Part shown: positions 29,926-39,773 of the stretch, piece after piece | How positions within the stretch are numbered: the first letter of the stretch is position 1 | How the letters are laid out: each line of letters opens with the position of its first letter | Origin: Elusimicrobiota bacterium | Lineage (GTDB): Bacteria; Elusimicrobiota; UBA8919 | NCBI GenBank assembly: GCA_043816185.1 | Contig: JBDRIG010000104.1 | Span: 1 to 39,949, forward strand | DNA length: 39,949 nt | Direction of reading: 5' to 3' | Notes under the pieces: generated by a model | Seen by the model: the letters and a program-made list of their open reading frames with translations, nothing else | What the model was told of the DNA's origin: nothing | Database searches by the model: none | Position numbers and translations under genes: made by a program

Positions 29926-30390
29926 ATGGATATAAAAAAAGAAATCGTTGTTTCGATAAATCGTGTGACGAAAGTTGTGAAAGGTGGAAAGAGATTTTCT
30001 TTTAATGCACTTGTTGTAGTAGGTGATTGTAATGGAATCGTTGGCGTTGGCTTAGGTAAGGCGAAAGAGGTTCAATCGGCAATTAAAAAAGGAACCGCTT
30101 CCGCTAAAAAAAATCTATTTACAATTTCTTTAAAAAATACGACAATTCCGCATGAAATCACGGGTATTTATGGTGCTGGGAAGGTTTTTATGAGACCTGC
30201 GTCTGTTGGCACAGGGCTTATTGCGGGTGGTGCTGTAAGATCTGTTTTGGAAGCAGCAGGTGTTAAAGATGTGCTTACAAAATCATTGAGATCGTCAAAT
30301 CCATTCAATGTCGTTTATGCCACAATTGATGGTTTGCAAAAATTAAGAAATAAAGAGGACGTGGAAAAACTTTTAGGAAAACAGTTTTAG
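29926..30390 (+). CDS. rpsE: 30S ribosomal protein S5
   Basis: [23 protein letters not shown]. Confidence 0.97.
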   Translation: MDIKKEIVVSINRVTKVVKGGKRFSFNALVVVGDCNGIVGVGLGKAKEVQSAIKKGTASAKKNLFTISLKNTTIPHEITGIYGAGKVFMRPASVGTGLIAGGAVRSVLEAAGVKDVLTKSLRSSNPFNVVYATIDGLQKLRNKEDVEKLLGKQF

Positions 30391-30473
30391 AAAAACAGTA
30401 AGAGGCAGTAGTAAGTTATAAGAAGTAAATTTTTTTTGATAGTTACAATTTACAACTTAATTCTGATTTTATT

Positions 30474-30926
30474 ATGAATTTATCCGATTTAAAACCGAAG
30501 GTTGGTTCGAAGCATAGAAAAAAAATTATTGGTCGTGGCCGTGGTTCAGGGCATGGTGGTTCTGCCACAAGAGGTATGAAGGGGCAGAACTCACGTTCTG
30601 GGAGAGGTACTCGTCCAGGATTTGAAGGCGGACAAATGCCTCTTATGCGTCGTATTCCAAAAAGAGGATTTACAAATATTTTCAAGAAAGAATACGAAAT
30701 AATAAATGTTAGTACACTTGAAGAAGTTTTTGAACCCAATACTGATCTTAACAAAAAAATTCTTATCGAAAAAGGGTTGATAAGAGGCAAGTTACCTTTG
30801 AAAGTTTTGGGTGCTGGTGAGCTGAAGAAACCACTAAAAATTACTGCTGACAAATTTTCAAAAAGTGCAATTGAAAAAATAAGGAAGACAGGTGGAGAAG
30901 CGATAAGTGCAAGGAGTAAGGAGTAG
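30474..30926 (+). CDS. rplO: 50S ribosomal protein L15
   Basis: GRGRGSGHG, GFEGGQMPLMRRIPKRGF. Confidence 0.97.
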   Translation: MNLSDLKPKVGSKHRKKIIGRGRGSGHGGSATRGMKGQNSRSGRGTRPGFEGGQMPLMRRIPKRGFTNIFKKEYEIINVSTLEEVFEPNTDLNKKILIEKGLIRGKLPLKVLGAGELKKPLKITADKFSKSAIEKIRKTGGEAISARSKE

Positions 30927-30990
30927 TAAAGTTAACAACTAACCTCTATCCCTTGATTTCTGACCCCAACCTCCAACTCTTGATATTAAA

Positions 30991-32316
30991 ATGATTCAAT
31001 CGTTTGGCGATATTTTTAAGGTTCCTGAGTTAAAAAAGAGGGTTTTGTTTACTGCGGTTGTAATTATTGCTTACAGGATTGGCGTAGCAATACCAATTCC
31101 TGGAATTAATATTGCAGCGTTTAAGGCATTTTTTGCCCAGCAAACAAACACACTTTTTGGATTTATGGATATGTTTTCAGGTGGTGCACTTTCGCGGCTA
31201 TCAATTTTTACACTTGGAATAATGCCATACATCAATGCGTCAATCATTTTTTCACTTTTGCAAGTAACAATTCCATATCTCGAGAAACTCTCTAAAGAAG
31301 GTGAAACGGGAAGAAAAAAAATTACACAGTGGACGAGGTATGCAACCTTAATCCTTGCAATAATACAATCACTGGGCTTGACACTTTTTATGATAATGCC
31401 GATGAAAGCGCCTGGCGGCGAATCTGTTGTGATGAATCCTGGCACATTATTTGTTTTCATTACAGTTTTAACTATGACAACTGGTACCGTTTTTATAATG
31501 TGGCTTGGTGAGCAAATTACTGAGAGTGGTATCGGTAATGGTATTTCACTCATAATTTTCACAGGTATCGTTGATCGTTTGCCGTCCGCTGTTAAGAATC
31601 TTTTTTATATGATAAAAACACATGAGATGTCGCTTTTTACCGGTATCTTAATTTTAGGAGCAGTTTTTGCAATAATTGCACTTGTTGTTTGGGTTGAGAC
31701 AGGTCAAAGGAAAATTCCGGTTCAATATGCAAAAAGAGTTGTCGGCAGAAAAATGTACGGTGGTCAATCAACCTTTCTTCCTATAAAGGTTGACCAATCG
31801 GGGGTAATCGCCGTAATTTTTGCTGTTTCATTGATGTCGGTTCCAATGACACTTGCACAATTTACACATAGTTCTGGTTTTATGAAAAAATTTATTGATT
31901 GGTGGATGCGTGGAACTATTTTCTATGAGATAATTTATGGCGCATTGATTGTGTTTTTCTGTTATTTTTATAATTCAATAACTTTGAATCCAAAAGACAT
32001 TGCTGAAAATATGAAAAAATGGGGTGGTTTTGTTCCTGGTATGAGGCCAGGCGAACCAACAGCTAATTATGTTCAGTGGGTTTTAGCAAGAATCACTTTG
32101 GGTGGTGCTCTTTTTGTCACGTTTATAGCAGTATTACCCGATTACTTGAGAAAATTTGTGAATGTTCCGTTTTTTTTCGGTGGTACCGCACTTTTGATTG
32201 TTGTTGGTGTTGCACTCGATACTATTGGTCAAGTAGAGTCGCATCTTATAATGAGACATTACGACGGATTCTTAAAAAAAGGTAGAATTAAGAGTAGATG
32301 GTTTAACATTAAATAA
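30991..32316 (+). CDS. secY: Preprotein translocase SecY
   Basis: LGIMPYINASII, WLGEQIT..GIGNGISLIIF, FGGTALLIVVGV. Confidence 0.98.
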   Translation: MIQSFGDIFKVPELKKRVLFTAVVIIAYRIGVAIPIPGINIAAFKAFFAQQTNTLFGFMDMFSGGALSRLSIFTLGIMPYINASIIFSLLQVTIPYLEKLSKEGETGRKKITQWTRYATLILAIIQSLGLTLFMIMPMKAPGGESVVMNPGTLFVFITVLTMTTGTVFIMWLGEQITESGIGNGISLIIFTGIVDRLPSAVKNLFYMIKTHEMSLFTGILILGAVFAIIALVVWVETGQRKIPVQYAKRVVGRKMYGGQSTFLPIKVDQSGVIAVIFAVSLMSVPMTLAQFTHSSGFMKKFIDWWMRGTIFYEIIYGALIVFFCYFYNSITLNPKDIAENMKKWGGFVPGMRPGEPTANYVQWVLARITLGGALFVTFIAVLPDYLRKFVNVPFFFGGTALLIVVGVALDTIGQVESHLIMRHYDGFLKKGRIKSRWFNIK

Positions 32317-32368
32317 TGCGAGTAATATGAAACAAATAAACTTACTTATAGTTTGCATGGAGTAAACA

Positions 32369-33016
32369 ATGAATCTAATACTTTTTGGAGCACCTGGTTC
32401 AGGCAAAGGAACGCAGGCATTGTCCATAGCGAAAGAAAAAGGGATTTCGTTTATTTCTACTGGCGATATACTTCGTGAAGCAGTTATATCAAAGAGTTCT
32501 CTTGGGCAAAAAATTGCTGAAACTATATCAAGAGGTTCTCTTGTTTCAGATAGTATAATTCTTGGAATAATTGACGAACGTCTAAGAGAAACCAATTCTA
32601 AAAACGGATTTTTGTTAGATGGGTTTCCAAGAACGCTTCCACAAGCAAAATTATTTGAAGGGTTACTTTTGTCAATCAAAGAAAAGATTGATAAGGTAAT
32701 TTTATTAGATGTAACAGAAGAAAATATAGTTCAGCGAATTCTTTCACGACGAACTTGTAAAAAATGCGGTGCCAAATTTAATTTAGAAACGCTTCCGCCA
32801 AAAGTTGATGGTGTTTGCGATGATTGTGGTGGTTCGCTTTTTCAAAGAAGTGATGACACTGAAAAAATTGTCAAACATCGTCTTTCCGTCTATTATATTG
32901 AAACACAACCGCTCGCTGATTATTATAAAAACGAAGGTCTTTTGGTTACCGTTGACGGTAATAGACCTGTTGAAGAAATATCCAAAGAAATTGCTGCTAT
33001 ATTACACGATTATTAA
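32369..33016 (+). CDS. adk: Adenylate kinase (Zn-LID type)
   Basis: GAPGSGKGTQA, LDGFPRT, CxxC...CxxC LID, QRSDD. Confidence 0.97.
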   Translation: MNLILFGAPGSGKGTQALSIAKEKGISFISTGDILREAVISKSSLGQKIAETISRGSLVSDSIILGIIDERLRETNSKNGFLLDGFPRTLPQAKLFEGLLLSIKEKIDKVILLDVTEENIVQRILSRRTCKKCGAKFNLETLPPKVDGVCDDCGGSLFQRSDDTEKIVKHRLSVYYIETQPLADYYKNEGLLVTVDGNRPVEEISKEIAAILHDY

Positions 33017-33099
33017 AAAAGCAGGTTAATGGCAGGCTAAGGATTAAGAAACTTAATACTCGAAGAGAATGAAACAACCAGCTTAATTTCACTATTAAT

Positions 33100-33849
33100 A
33101 TGATTTGCATAAAGTCGCCAGATGAGATTATTGGCATGCGGAATGCCTGTCGACTTGCAGCAGAGGTTTTAGATACTGTTGGGAAAAATATAAAATTAGG
33201 AATATCAACAAAGGAACTTGAAACCATTGCCGCAAAAAAGATAAAAATACTTGGTGCAAAGTCGGTGTTTTTAGGTTATCATGGTTATCCTGGCGTAATT
33301 TGTACTTCAGTTAACAATGTTGTTATTCATGGTATTCCATCGACACAAAAACTTAAAGAAGGCGATATTGTTGGAATTGATGTCGGGGTTATTTTAGATG
33401 GATTTTGTGGGGATACGGCGAAAACTTTTACAGTAGGAAGAATTTTGCCAGAAGCAGAAAAACTTTTGAGTGTTTCCGAGTTGTCGCTAAAAACCGCCTT
33501 AGGAAAGTGTAGGGCAAATTGTCGTGTCGGTGATGTTTCAGGGGCAATACAAACGGTCGTCGAAAAAAATGGGTTTTCAGTTGTCAGAGATTTTGTTGGA
33601 CATGGTGTTGGTAGACAATTACACGAAGATCCACAGATACCAAACTATGGAACGCCGGGCGTAGGATTGCGAATTCCTGAAAACTGTTGTCTTGCTGTCG
33701 AGGTTATGGTAAATCAGGGTGACTGGCACGTAAAAATACTTGATGATAGTTGGACGGTTGTTACGCTTGACGAAAAACTTTCGGCACATTTTGAGCATAC
33801 TGTTTTAGTGAAAAAAGATAGTTGTGAAGTACTAACTAATTATAAATAA
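33100..33849 (+). CDS. map: Methionine aminopeptidase type I
   Basis: CTSVN.VVIHGIP, GHGVG..LHEDP, SAHFEHT. Confidence 0.97.
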   Translation: MICIKSPDEIIGMRNACRLAAEVLDTVGKNIKLGISTKELETIAAKKIKILGAKSVFLGYHGYPGVICTSVNNVVIHGIPSTQKLKEGDIVGIDVGVILDGFCGDTAKTFTVGRILPEAEKLLSVSELSLKTALGKCRANCRVGDVSGAIQTVVEKNGFSVVRDFVGHGVGRQLHEDPQIPNYGTPGVGLRIPENCCLAVEVMVNQGDWHVKILDDSWTVVTLDEKLSAHFEHTVLVKKDSCEVLTNYK

Positions 33850-33968
33850 AAGTAGCAAATAAAAAATACTCGAACGAAGCACTGAATAGTTGTATCGAAT
33901 CTTAATCAAATATTCAGTTCAGTTTGTTGTAATAAATTCGGTTTTCGTTTGAATATGGGTAAGCAAAT

Positions 33969-34196
33969 ATGCAAAAAGAGGAAAAAATTGAAGTAGTAGG
34001 TATAGTAAAAGAGGTTCTACCGTCGGCAATGTTTCGCGTTCAAACTGAAAATGGTCACAGTGTTATTGCTAGAATTTCTGGAAAAATGAGGATGAATTAT
34101 ATTCGTATTATTATCGGTGATAAAGTAAAAGTTGAACTTTCACCATATGATTTAACAAGAGGAAGAATTACTTATAGAGAGAAAGGAAAACAATAG
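33969..34196 (+). CDS. infA: Translation initiation factor IF-1
   Basis: [29 protein letters not shown]. Confidence 0.97.
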   Translation: MQKEEKIEVVGIVKEVLPSAMFRVQTENGHSVIARISGKMRMNYIRIIIGDKVKVELSPYDLTRGRITYREKGKQ

Positions 34197-34252
34197 GAGC
34201 GATTAAGGATTGAAAACTGGGAGTTGAAAATTTAATAAATCAAAAAATTCTT

Positions 34253-34294
34253 AATTCTTGGTTTGAAATTTGCAATTAGTTTTATCTTAATTCT
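34253..34294. repeat. 42-nt repeat, copy 1 (upstream of rpmJ)
   Basis: 39/42 identical to 36321-36362. Confidence 0.75.
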
Positions 34295-34308
34295 TGATTG
34301 ATTTTAAA

Positions 34309-34422
34309 ATGAAAGTACGCTCATCAATAAAACCATTTTGTAAAAAATGTAAGATTGTAAAACGTAGCGGTGTATTGCATATTATTTGCAAAAATCCAAA
34401 ACACAAACAGAGACAGGGATAG
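34309..34422 (+). CDS. rpmJ: 50S ribosomal protein L36 (not in ORF track)
   Basis: Translation [37 protein letters not shown]. Confidence 0.97.
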   Translation: MKVRSSIKPFCKKCKIVKRSGVLHIICKNPKHKQRQG

Positions 34423-34500
34423 GGGCAGGGTGTAGGAGATTGGGTATAGTAAAATCAGTGATTTTTAATTACCTTTTGCTCCTTACTCCTTAGTGTTATT

Positions 34501-34896
34501 ATGGCACGAATAGCAGGTATTGATCTACCAAAAGGAAAAAGAATAGACATAGGACTTTCCTACATTTATGGAATAGGGAGAGTTCTTGCAAAGGAAATTT
34601 TGGACGAAGCAAAAATTGATCCATCAAAAAAGGTAAAAGATTTAACAGAAATAGAGGTAGGAAAACTTGCAGGAATTATTTCATCCGATTATAAGGTTGA
34701 AGGTGATTTGCGTCGTGAGATTGTTAGTAATATTAAGAGGTTGCAAGAAATAGGAACATACAGAGGATCGAGACATCGCAGAAATTTGCCTGCCAGAGGT
34801 CAGAGAACAAAGACAAACGCGAGAACAAAAAGAGGAAAGAGAAAAACGGTCGGTGCGGTTAAAATGGAAGTTAAAAAAGAAAAGGAAGCGAAGTGA
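34501..34896 (+). CDS. rpsM: 30S ribosomal protein S13
   Basis: [29 protein letters not shown]. Confidence 0.98.
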   Translation: MARIAGIDLPKGKRIDIGLSYIYGIGRVLAKEILDEAKIDPSKKVKDLTEIEVGKLAGIISSDYKVEGDLRREIVSNIKRLQEIGTYRGSRHRRNLPARGQRTKTNARTKRGKRKTVGAVKMEVKKEKEAK

Positions 34897-34972
34897 GATT
34901 GGTGACAGGAAAAAGTGAGTAGTAAAATCAATAGATTTTAATTACCGTTACAATCCACTTCCTAATGTTAAT

Positions 34973-35455
34973 ATGGAAGAAGAAAAATCAAAAGAAATTG
35001 AAGAATCAAAATTAAACAAACCAACAGTAAAAAATGACTCTGCTTCAAAAAAAGCAGCACCGGATGCCCATCATCTCGTAGCGAAACGTAAATCAAGAAA
35101 GAAATTAACTTCAACAAGTGGCAAGGTTTTTATTAAATCGTCATTTAACAATACAATTATCACAATTACTGACGACAAAGGTGATGTTATAAATTGGGCT
35201 TCAAGCGGTTCTTCTGGTTTTAAGGGGACAAAAAAAGGAACACCGTTTGCCGCTCAAATAGCGTCAGCAGGTTGTGCACAAAAAGCGGCCGAAATGGGAT
35301 TAAAATATGTTTCGGTTTTTGTTTCTGGGCCTGGAAGTGGTCGCGAAACAGCTATAAGAGCATTGCAGTCGTCTGGTTTATCAGTTACTTCTATCAAAGA
35401 TGTTACGCCTATTCCACACAATGGGTGTAGACCGCCAAAGCAAAGGAGAGTGTAA
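34973..35455 (+). CDS. rpsK: 30S ribosomal protein S11
   Basis: [34 protein letters not shown]; long charged N-terminal extension. Confidence 0.97.
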   Translation: MEEEKSKEIEESKLNKPTVKNDSASKKAAPDAHHLVAKRKSRKKLTSTSGKVFIKSSFNNTIITITDDKGDVINWASSGSSGFKGTKKGTPFAAQIASAGCAQKAAEMGLKYVSVFVSGPGSGRETAIRALQSSGLSVTSIKDVTPIPHNGCRPPKQRRV

Positions 35456-35531
35456 AAGAGGCAAAGCGTAGGGGATAGTAAAATTAATAATTTTTTAATC
35501 AACCCCTTATTTTTTACCTCTTAGCGTTAGT

Positions 35532-36173
35532 ATGGCAAGATATTTAGGACCTAAATGTAGAAGATGTAGACAAGAGCAAATACCTTTATTTTTGAAAGGT
35601 GAAAGATGTGGTACGCCCAAGTGTTCCATCATCAAAAAGAAAGGGCCTCCTGGACCCCACAAAAAAATGATGAAAAAACCGTCTGAGTACTCTATTCAGT
35701 TGCGTGCTAAACAGCAAGTGAAAAGAATTTACGGTGTAATGGAGCGACAATTTAGAAGATATTTTTACAACGCATTAAAACACAAAGGTATGACAGGTTT
35801 TAATCTTTTATTGTCTTTAGAGATGCGGTTGGACAATGTTGTTAGACGACTTGGATTTTCGTCGTCGATTTCAGGTTCCAGACAGCTGGTTCTTCATAGA
35901 CATGTCAAGGTCAACGATAAAATAATAAACATACCGTCGTATCAAGTAAAAGTAAACGATAAAATTCAAGTAGTAGATAAGCTTAAAGAAAGTCCGTCTG
36001 TTAAAAAAGCGGCAGATATGCTTTCAAAAAAAGGTGTATCACCATGGTTGTCGTTGGATCTCTCTAATTTATCCGGTTTGGTTATAAAACAACCATTAAG
36101 AGAAGAAATGTCCATTCCGTATGACGAGGAAAGACCAAAAGAACAGTTGATTATTGAATTATATAGCAAATAA
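35532..36173 (+). CDS. rpsD: 30S ribosomal protein S4
   Basis: MARYLGPKCRRCR, LEMRLDNVV.RLG, EQLIIELYSK. Confidence 0.97.
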   Translation: MARYLGPKCRRCRQEQIPLFLKGERCGTPKCSIIKKKGPPGPHKKMMKKPSEYSIQLRAKQQVKRIYGVMERQFRRYFYNALKHKGMTGFNLLLSLEMRLDNVVRRLGFSSSISGSRQLVLHRHVKVNDKIINIPSYQVKVNDKIQVVDKLKESPSVKKAADMLSKKGVSPWLSLDLSNLSGLVIKQPLREEMSIPYDEERPKEQLIIELYSK

Positions 36174-36320
36174 AGAGGTAGTTGACACTATTTCGTTAAG
36201 TTCAGTTCGTCATTTCGAGCGTTTTTGTTTGTCATTGCGGGCGAAGCGAATGAAATGAGCGACGAAGCAATCTCGCTTTTAGCACAGAGATTGTCACGAG
36301 CCAATAAATCGGAAATTCAC

Positions 36321-36362
36321 AATTCTTGATTCGAAATTTGCAATTAGTTTTATCTCAATTCT
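36321..36362. repeat. 42-nt repeat, copy 2 (upstream of rpoA)
   Basis: 39/42 identical to 34253-34294. Confidence 0.75.
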
Positions 36363-36397
36363 CAGTTTTTAATTAATTTTATAGGGGGTTATAAAAA

Positions 36398-37381
36398 ATG
36401 CAGCTTCCCGATATAGTTAGGCCTCAGAAGATTGAAAAAAATATCTCTTCTGATTTGACTTGTGGAAAATTTGAAATTTCGCCATTTGAGAAAGGTTATG
36501 GACATACGGTGGGGCACTCACTTCGCCGTATACTTTTATCTTCATTGGAAGGTGCTGCTGTTGTAGCCACTCGTATAAAAGGTGCTTCACATGAATTTAC
36601 AACACTGCCAGGGGTTGTGGAAGATGTAATGAGTATAGTACTAAATCTTAAAAAAATAAGATTTAAAACTTATGGTACCGATGAGCTTCAGACGCTTAAA
36701 TTGTCGGTTTCAAAAGGCGGTGCAGTTTTGGCATCATCTTTCGAAACAAACTCAAATATAGAGATTGTAAATCCTAATTTTGTTATTGCTACGCTTGAAA
36801 CTGGTGGAACCCTGGATATGGAAATTGATGTCGCGAAAGGTAGGGGTTATTTGCCCGCCGGAAAAAACAAAAGATATGGTCAGCCAGTAGGAACTATTTT
36901 TGTGGATGCACTTTTTTCACCGATTACCAAAGTTTTTTATGAAGTTGAAGCAACCCGTGTTGGTCAAGCAACCGACTACGATCGTCTAATTATGGAAATA
37001 TGGACTGATGGTTCAGTAAATCCAGAAGATGCGCTTATTTTTTCGGCAAAACTTTTGAATGATTCGATCAAAGTTTTTATGAACTATGATGAAGACGAAA
37101 AGGTATCTCCACAGGTTTTAGAAAAATCGATATCTATCGAATCTAACGAATCCGATGAACCCTATAGTGATATTCTAAATCAGCCGGTTGAAATTATAGA
37201 GCTTTCAAACCGCGCAGCCAATTGTTTAAAACAGGCAAAAATAAAAACAATAGGAGAATTGGCTAAAAAGACGAAAGAAAAACTTCTTGTTTATAAAAAT
37301 TTTGGAAAAAAATCTCTTGATGAGATAGAAATGAAACTTAAAGAAATGGGTGTTTCGTTAAAGGAGAGCGAAGAGCAGTGA
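36398..37381 (+). CDS. rpoA: RNA polymerase alpha subunit
   Basis: PFEKGYGHTVGHSLRRILLSS, DALFSP, NFGKKSLDEI. Confidence 0.98.
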   Translation: MQLPDIVRPQKIEKNISSDLTCGKFEISPFEKGYGHTVGHSLRRILLSSLEGAAVVATRIKGASHEFTTLPGVVEDVMSIVLNLKKIRFKTYGTDELQTLKLSVSKGGAVLASSFETNSNIEIVNPNFVIATLETGGTLDMEIDVAKGRGYLPAGKNKRYGQPVGTIFVDALFSPITKVFYEVEATRVGQATDYDRLIMEIWTDGSVNPEDALIFSAKLLNDSIKVFMNYDEDEKVSPQVLEKSISIESNESDEPYSDILNQPVEIIELSNRAANCLKQAKIKTIGELAKKTKEKLLVYKNFGKKSLDEIEMKLKEMGVSLKESEEQ

Positions 37382-37455
37382 TGAATAATAGGCGATAGAG
37401 ATTAGGTGCTAAATTTTTTAATCCCTATAATCTATAATTTAGTCCTGGTGTTAAT

Positions 37456-37806
37456 ATGAAAAATAAGAAGAACAGAAAATTAAACAAAACAACCGAGCAT
37501 CGTTTTGCGATGTTAAGAAATATGAGTACGTCACTTATAGAAAATGAGTCGGTTGAAACTACTCTTGCTAAAGCAAAAGAACTTGTAAAATTTGCTTCCA
37601 AAATTATAACATTAGCAAAGAAAGGTGGTTTAACTTATAGGCGACGTGTTTTAATGGACATAAAATCACCAGATGCGATAGAAAAACTATTTGGCATTAT
37701 AACAGAAAGATATAAAGATCGCCCAGGCGGATATACTCGCATTTATAAATTAGGTCGCCGTGTTTCCGACGGAAGCGAAATGGCAGTTGTGAAATTGGTA
37801 GAATAA
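37456..37806 (+). CDS. rplQ: 50S ribosomal protein L17
   Basis: HRFAMLRNM, TTLAKAKEL, RPGGYTRI. Confidence 0.97.
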   Translation: MKNKKNRKLNKTTEHRFAMLRNMSTSLIENESVETTLAKAKELVKFASKIITLAKKGGLTYRRRVLMDIKSPDAIEKLFGIITERYKDRPGGYTRIYKLGRRVSDGSEMAVVKLVE

Positions 37807-37880
37807 AGGCAATTAAAAATTGAAAATTAAAGATTGTTTGTTTTAATTTTTTCGATTTTTAGTTTTTAATTGGTGTTTCT

Positions 37881-38909
37881 ATGTTTGATTATTTTTTTTC
37901 ACTTTTTTCAAATGACATGGGAATTGATCTTGGCACAGCCACGACCCTCGTTTATGTAAAAGGGTCTGGCATTGTTTTAAGAGAGCCATCAGTAGTTGCA
38001 TACAACAAAGAAACGCATGTGATAGAGGCCATTGGTGAAGAAGCAAAAAAAATGGTCGGTAAAACACCTGCTTCAATTGAGGTAATAAGACCATTAAGAA
38101 ATGGTGTCATTGCCGATTTTAATATTACCGAAAAGATGATTCGGCATTTTATTAAAAAAGTCCACAAAAGAAAAACACTTCTTCATCCAAGAATTGTAAT
38201 TGGTATCCCATCAGGAATTACAGAAGTTGAACGTCGTGCTGTCCGCGAGGCAGCGGAGCAAGCTGGTGCTCGTGAAGTTTATCTCATCGAAGAACCTATG
38301 GCTGCGGCAATAGGTGCTGGTCTTCCTATTCACGAACCAACAGGCAACATGGTGGTGGATATTGGCGGTGGAACTACTGAAGCAGCGGTGATTTCTTTAG
38401 GTGGGATGGTTGTTTCCAGTTCAATTCGAATTGCTGGTGACGAGTTTGATGAAGCAATTATCTTATTTTTTAAGAAGACATATAATATGGCAATTGGTTA
38501 CAAAACAGCAGAAGGTGTAAAAATTTGTATCGGCTCAGTTTTTCCGTTGAGTAAAGAGGAAACAATGGACGTTAAAGGACTTGATTTAGCACACGGCTTG
38601 CCAAGAACAATAAACGTTTCAAGTAAAGATATAAGATCTGCACTAATGGAACCCGCTAGATCAATAGTCGAGATGGTAAGAAATGTTCTTGAAAGGACAC
38701 CTGCTGAACTTGCATCAGAATTAGTCGATAGAGGAATTGTGCTTGCAGGAGGTAGTTCTCTGATGCGAGGCATGACAGACCTTCTTTCAAAAGAAACCCA
38801 TCTTCCTGTTTATCTTGCACAAGACCCCACGACCTGTGTCGTTTTAGGAACAGGCAAATACTTAGAAGAGATTGAAAACATAAAAAAAACGCGTGAACGG
38901 TTGGAATGA
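37881..38909 (+). CDS. mreB: Rod shape-determining protein MreB
   Basis: [37 protein letters not shown]. Confidence 0.97.
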   Translation: MFDYFFSLFSNDMGIDLGTATTLVYVKGSGIVLREPSVVAYNKETHVIEAIGEEAKKMVGKTPASIEVIRPLRNGVIADFNITEKMIRHFIKKVHKRKTLLHPRIVIGIPSGITEVERRAVREAAEQAGAREVYLIEEPMAAAIGAGLPIHEPTGNMVVDIGGGTTEAAVISLGGMVVSSSIRIAGDEFDEAIILFFKKTYNMAIGYKTAEGVKICIGSVFPLSKEETMDVKGLDLAHGLPRTINVSSKDIRSALMEPARSIVEMVRNVLERTPAELASELVDRGIVLAGGSSLMRGMTDLLSKETHLPVYLAQDPTTCVVLGTGKYLEEIENIKKTRERLE

Positions 38910-38972
38910 AAGAGGCAATTGAAAATTGAGGATTCTCAACTCTTGATTCTCAATTCTTGGTTGATTTCGTGT

Positions 38973-39773
38973 GTGTATAATAAAAAGTCCATTGTCTTAC
39001 TTTCATTTTATTTAATAATATCTATAATAATTTTGAGTTTCAATGTTAGTCCCGCAGTCAAAGCGATGCGGGATTTTTTATTTTATATAGTCATTACACC
39101 GTATACAAAAATAAATTACATGGTTTCTTCTACTGGAAATCTTGGTACTAATTTAAAAGAAATAGTTAACGCTCATCAAGATCTTCTAAACCTTAAAAAT
39201 CAGAATCAAAAATTATTGTGCGATTTAGTTAGATTAAAAGTACTTGAAGCTGAAAACAAAAATCTATCAGAACTTTTGGGCTGCAAAAAGAATATCAATC
39301 TCAAAACCACAATTGCTAAAATAATAGCAAAACCACCACAGCAGTATTATAAATCGTTAATTATTGATAAGGGAAGTGAAGACGGCTTGGTGGACAGTAT
39401 GGCTGTTTTTGGATTTTATAAAGAAAAGTTTGGTGTTGTGGGGCAATTAACAAATGTTGAAAAAAACACCTCCACAGTTTTAATAATTACAAACCGTATT
39501 TCAAGAGTGCCAGGGTGTATTGTACCTGCATCTGTTGATGGAATTATTGTAGGTAGAGAATCAGATGAACTTGAAATGATTTGGATTTCTGCTGATAGTG
39601 AGATAAAAATAGGTGATGAGGTTGTAACATCAGGTGTATCGGATGTTTTTCCAGCGGGCATTCCTATTGGAATTATTGTGTCTATAAGTCCGTCGAGTCA
39701 TCTTCCTTTCGTGAAAGCATCAGTAAAGCCATATATACCAGCGTTTCAATTGACGAACGTGTTTATTGGATAG
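38973..39773 (+). CDS. mreC: Rod shape-determining protein MreC
   Basis: N-terminal TM, coiled coil (LEAENKNLSELL), IIDKGSEDG, GDEVVTSG...FPAGIPIG; start taken at GTG 38973 because the upstream part of the ORF is repeat sequence. Confidence 0.92.
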   Translation: MYNKKSIVLLSFYLIISIIILSFNVSPAVKAMRDFLFYIVITPYTKINYMVSSTGNLGTNLKEIVNAHQDLLNLKNQNQKLLCDLVRLKVLEAENKNLSELLGCKKNINLKTTIAKIIAKPPQQYYKSLIIDKGSEDGLVDSMAVFGFYKEKFGVVGQLTNVEKNTSTVLIITNRISRVPGCIVPASVDGIIVGRESDELEMIWISADSEIKIGDEVVTSGVSDVFPAGIPIGIIVSISPSSHLPFVKASVKPYIPAFQLTNVFIG

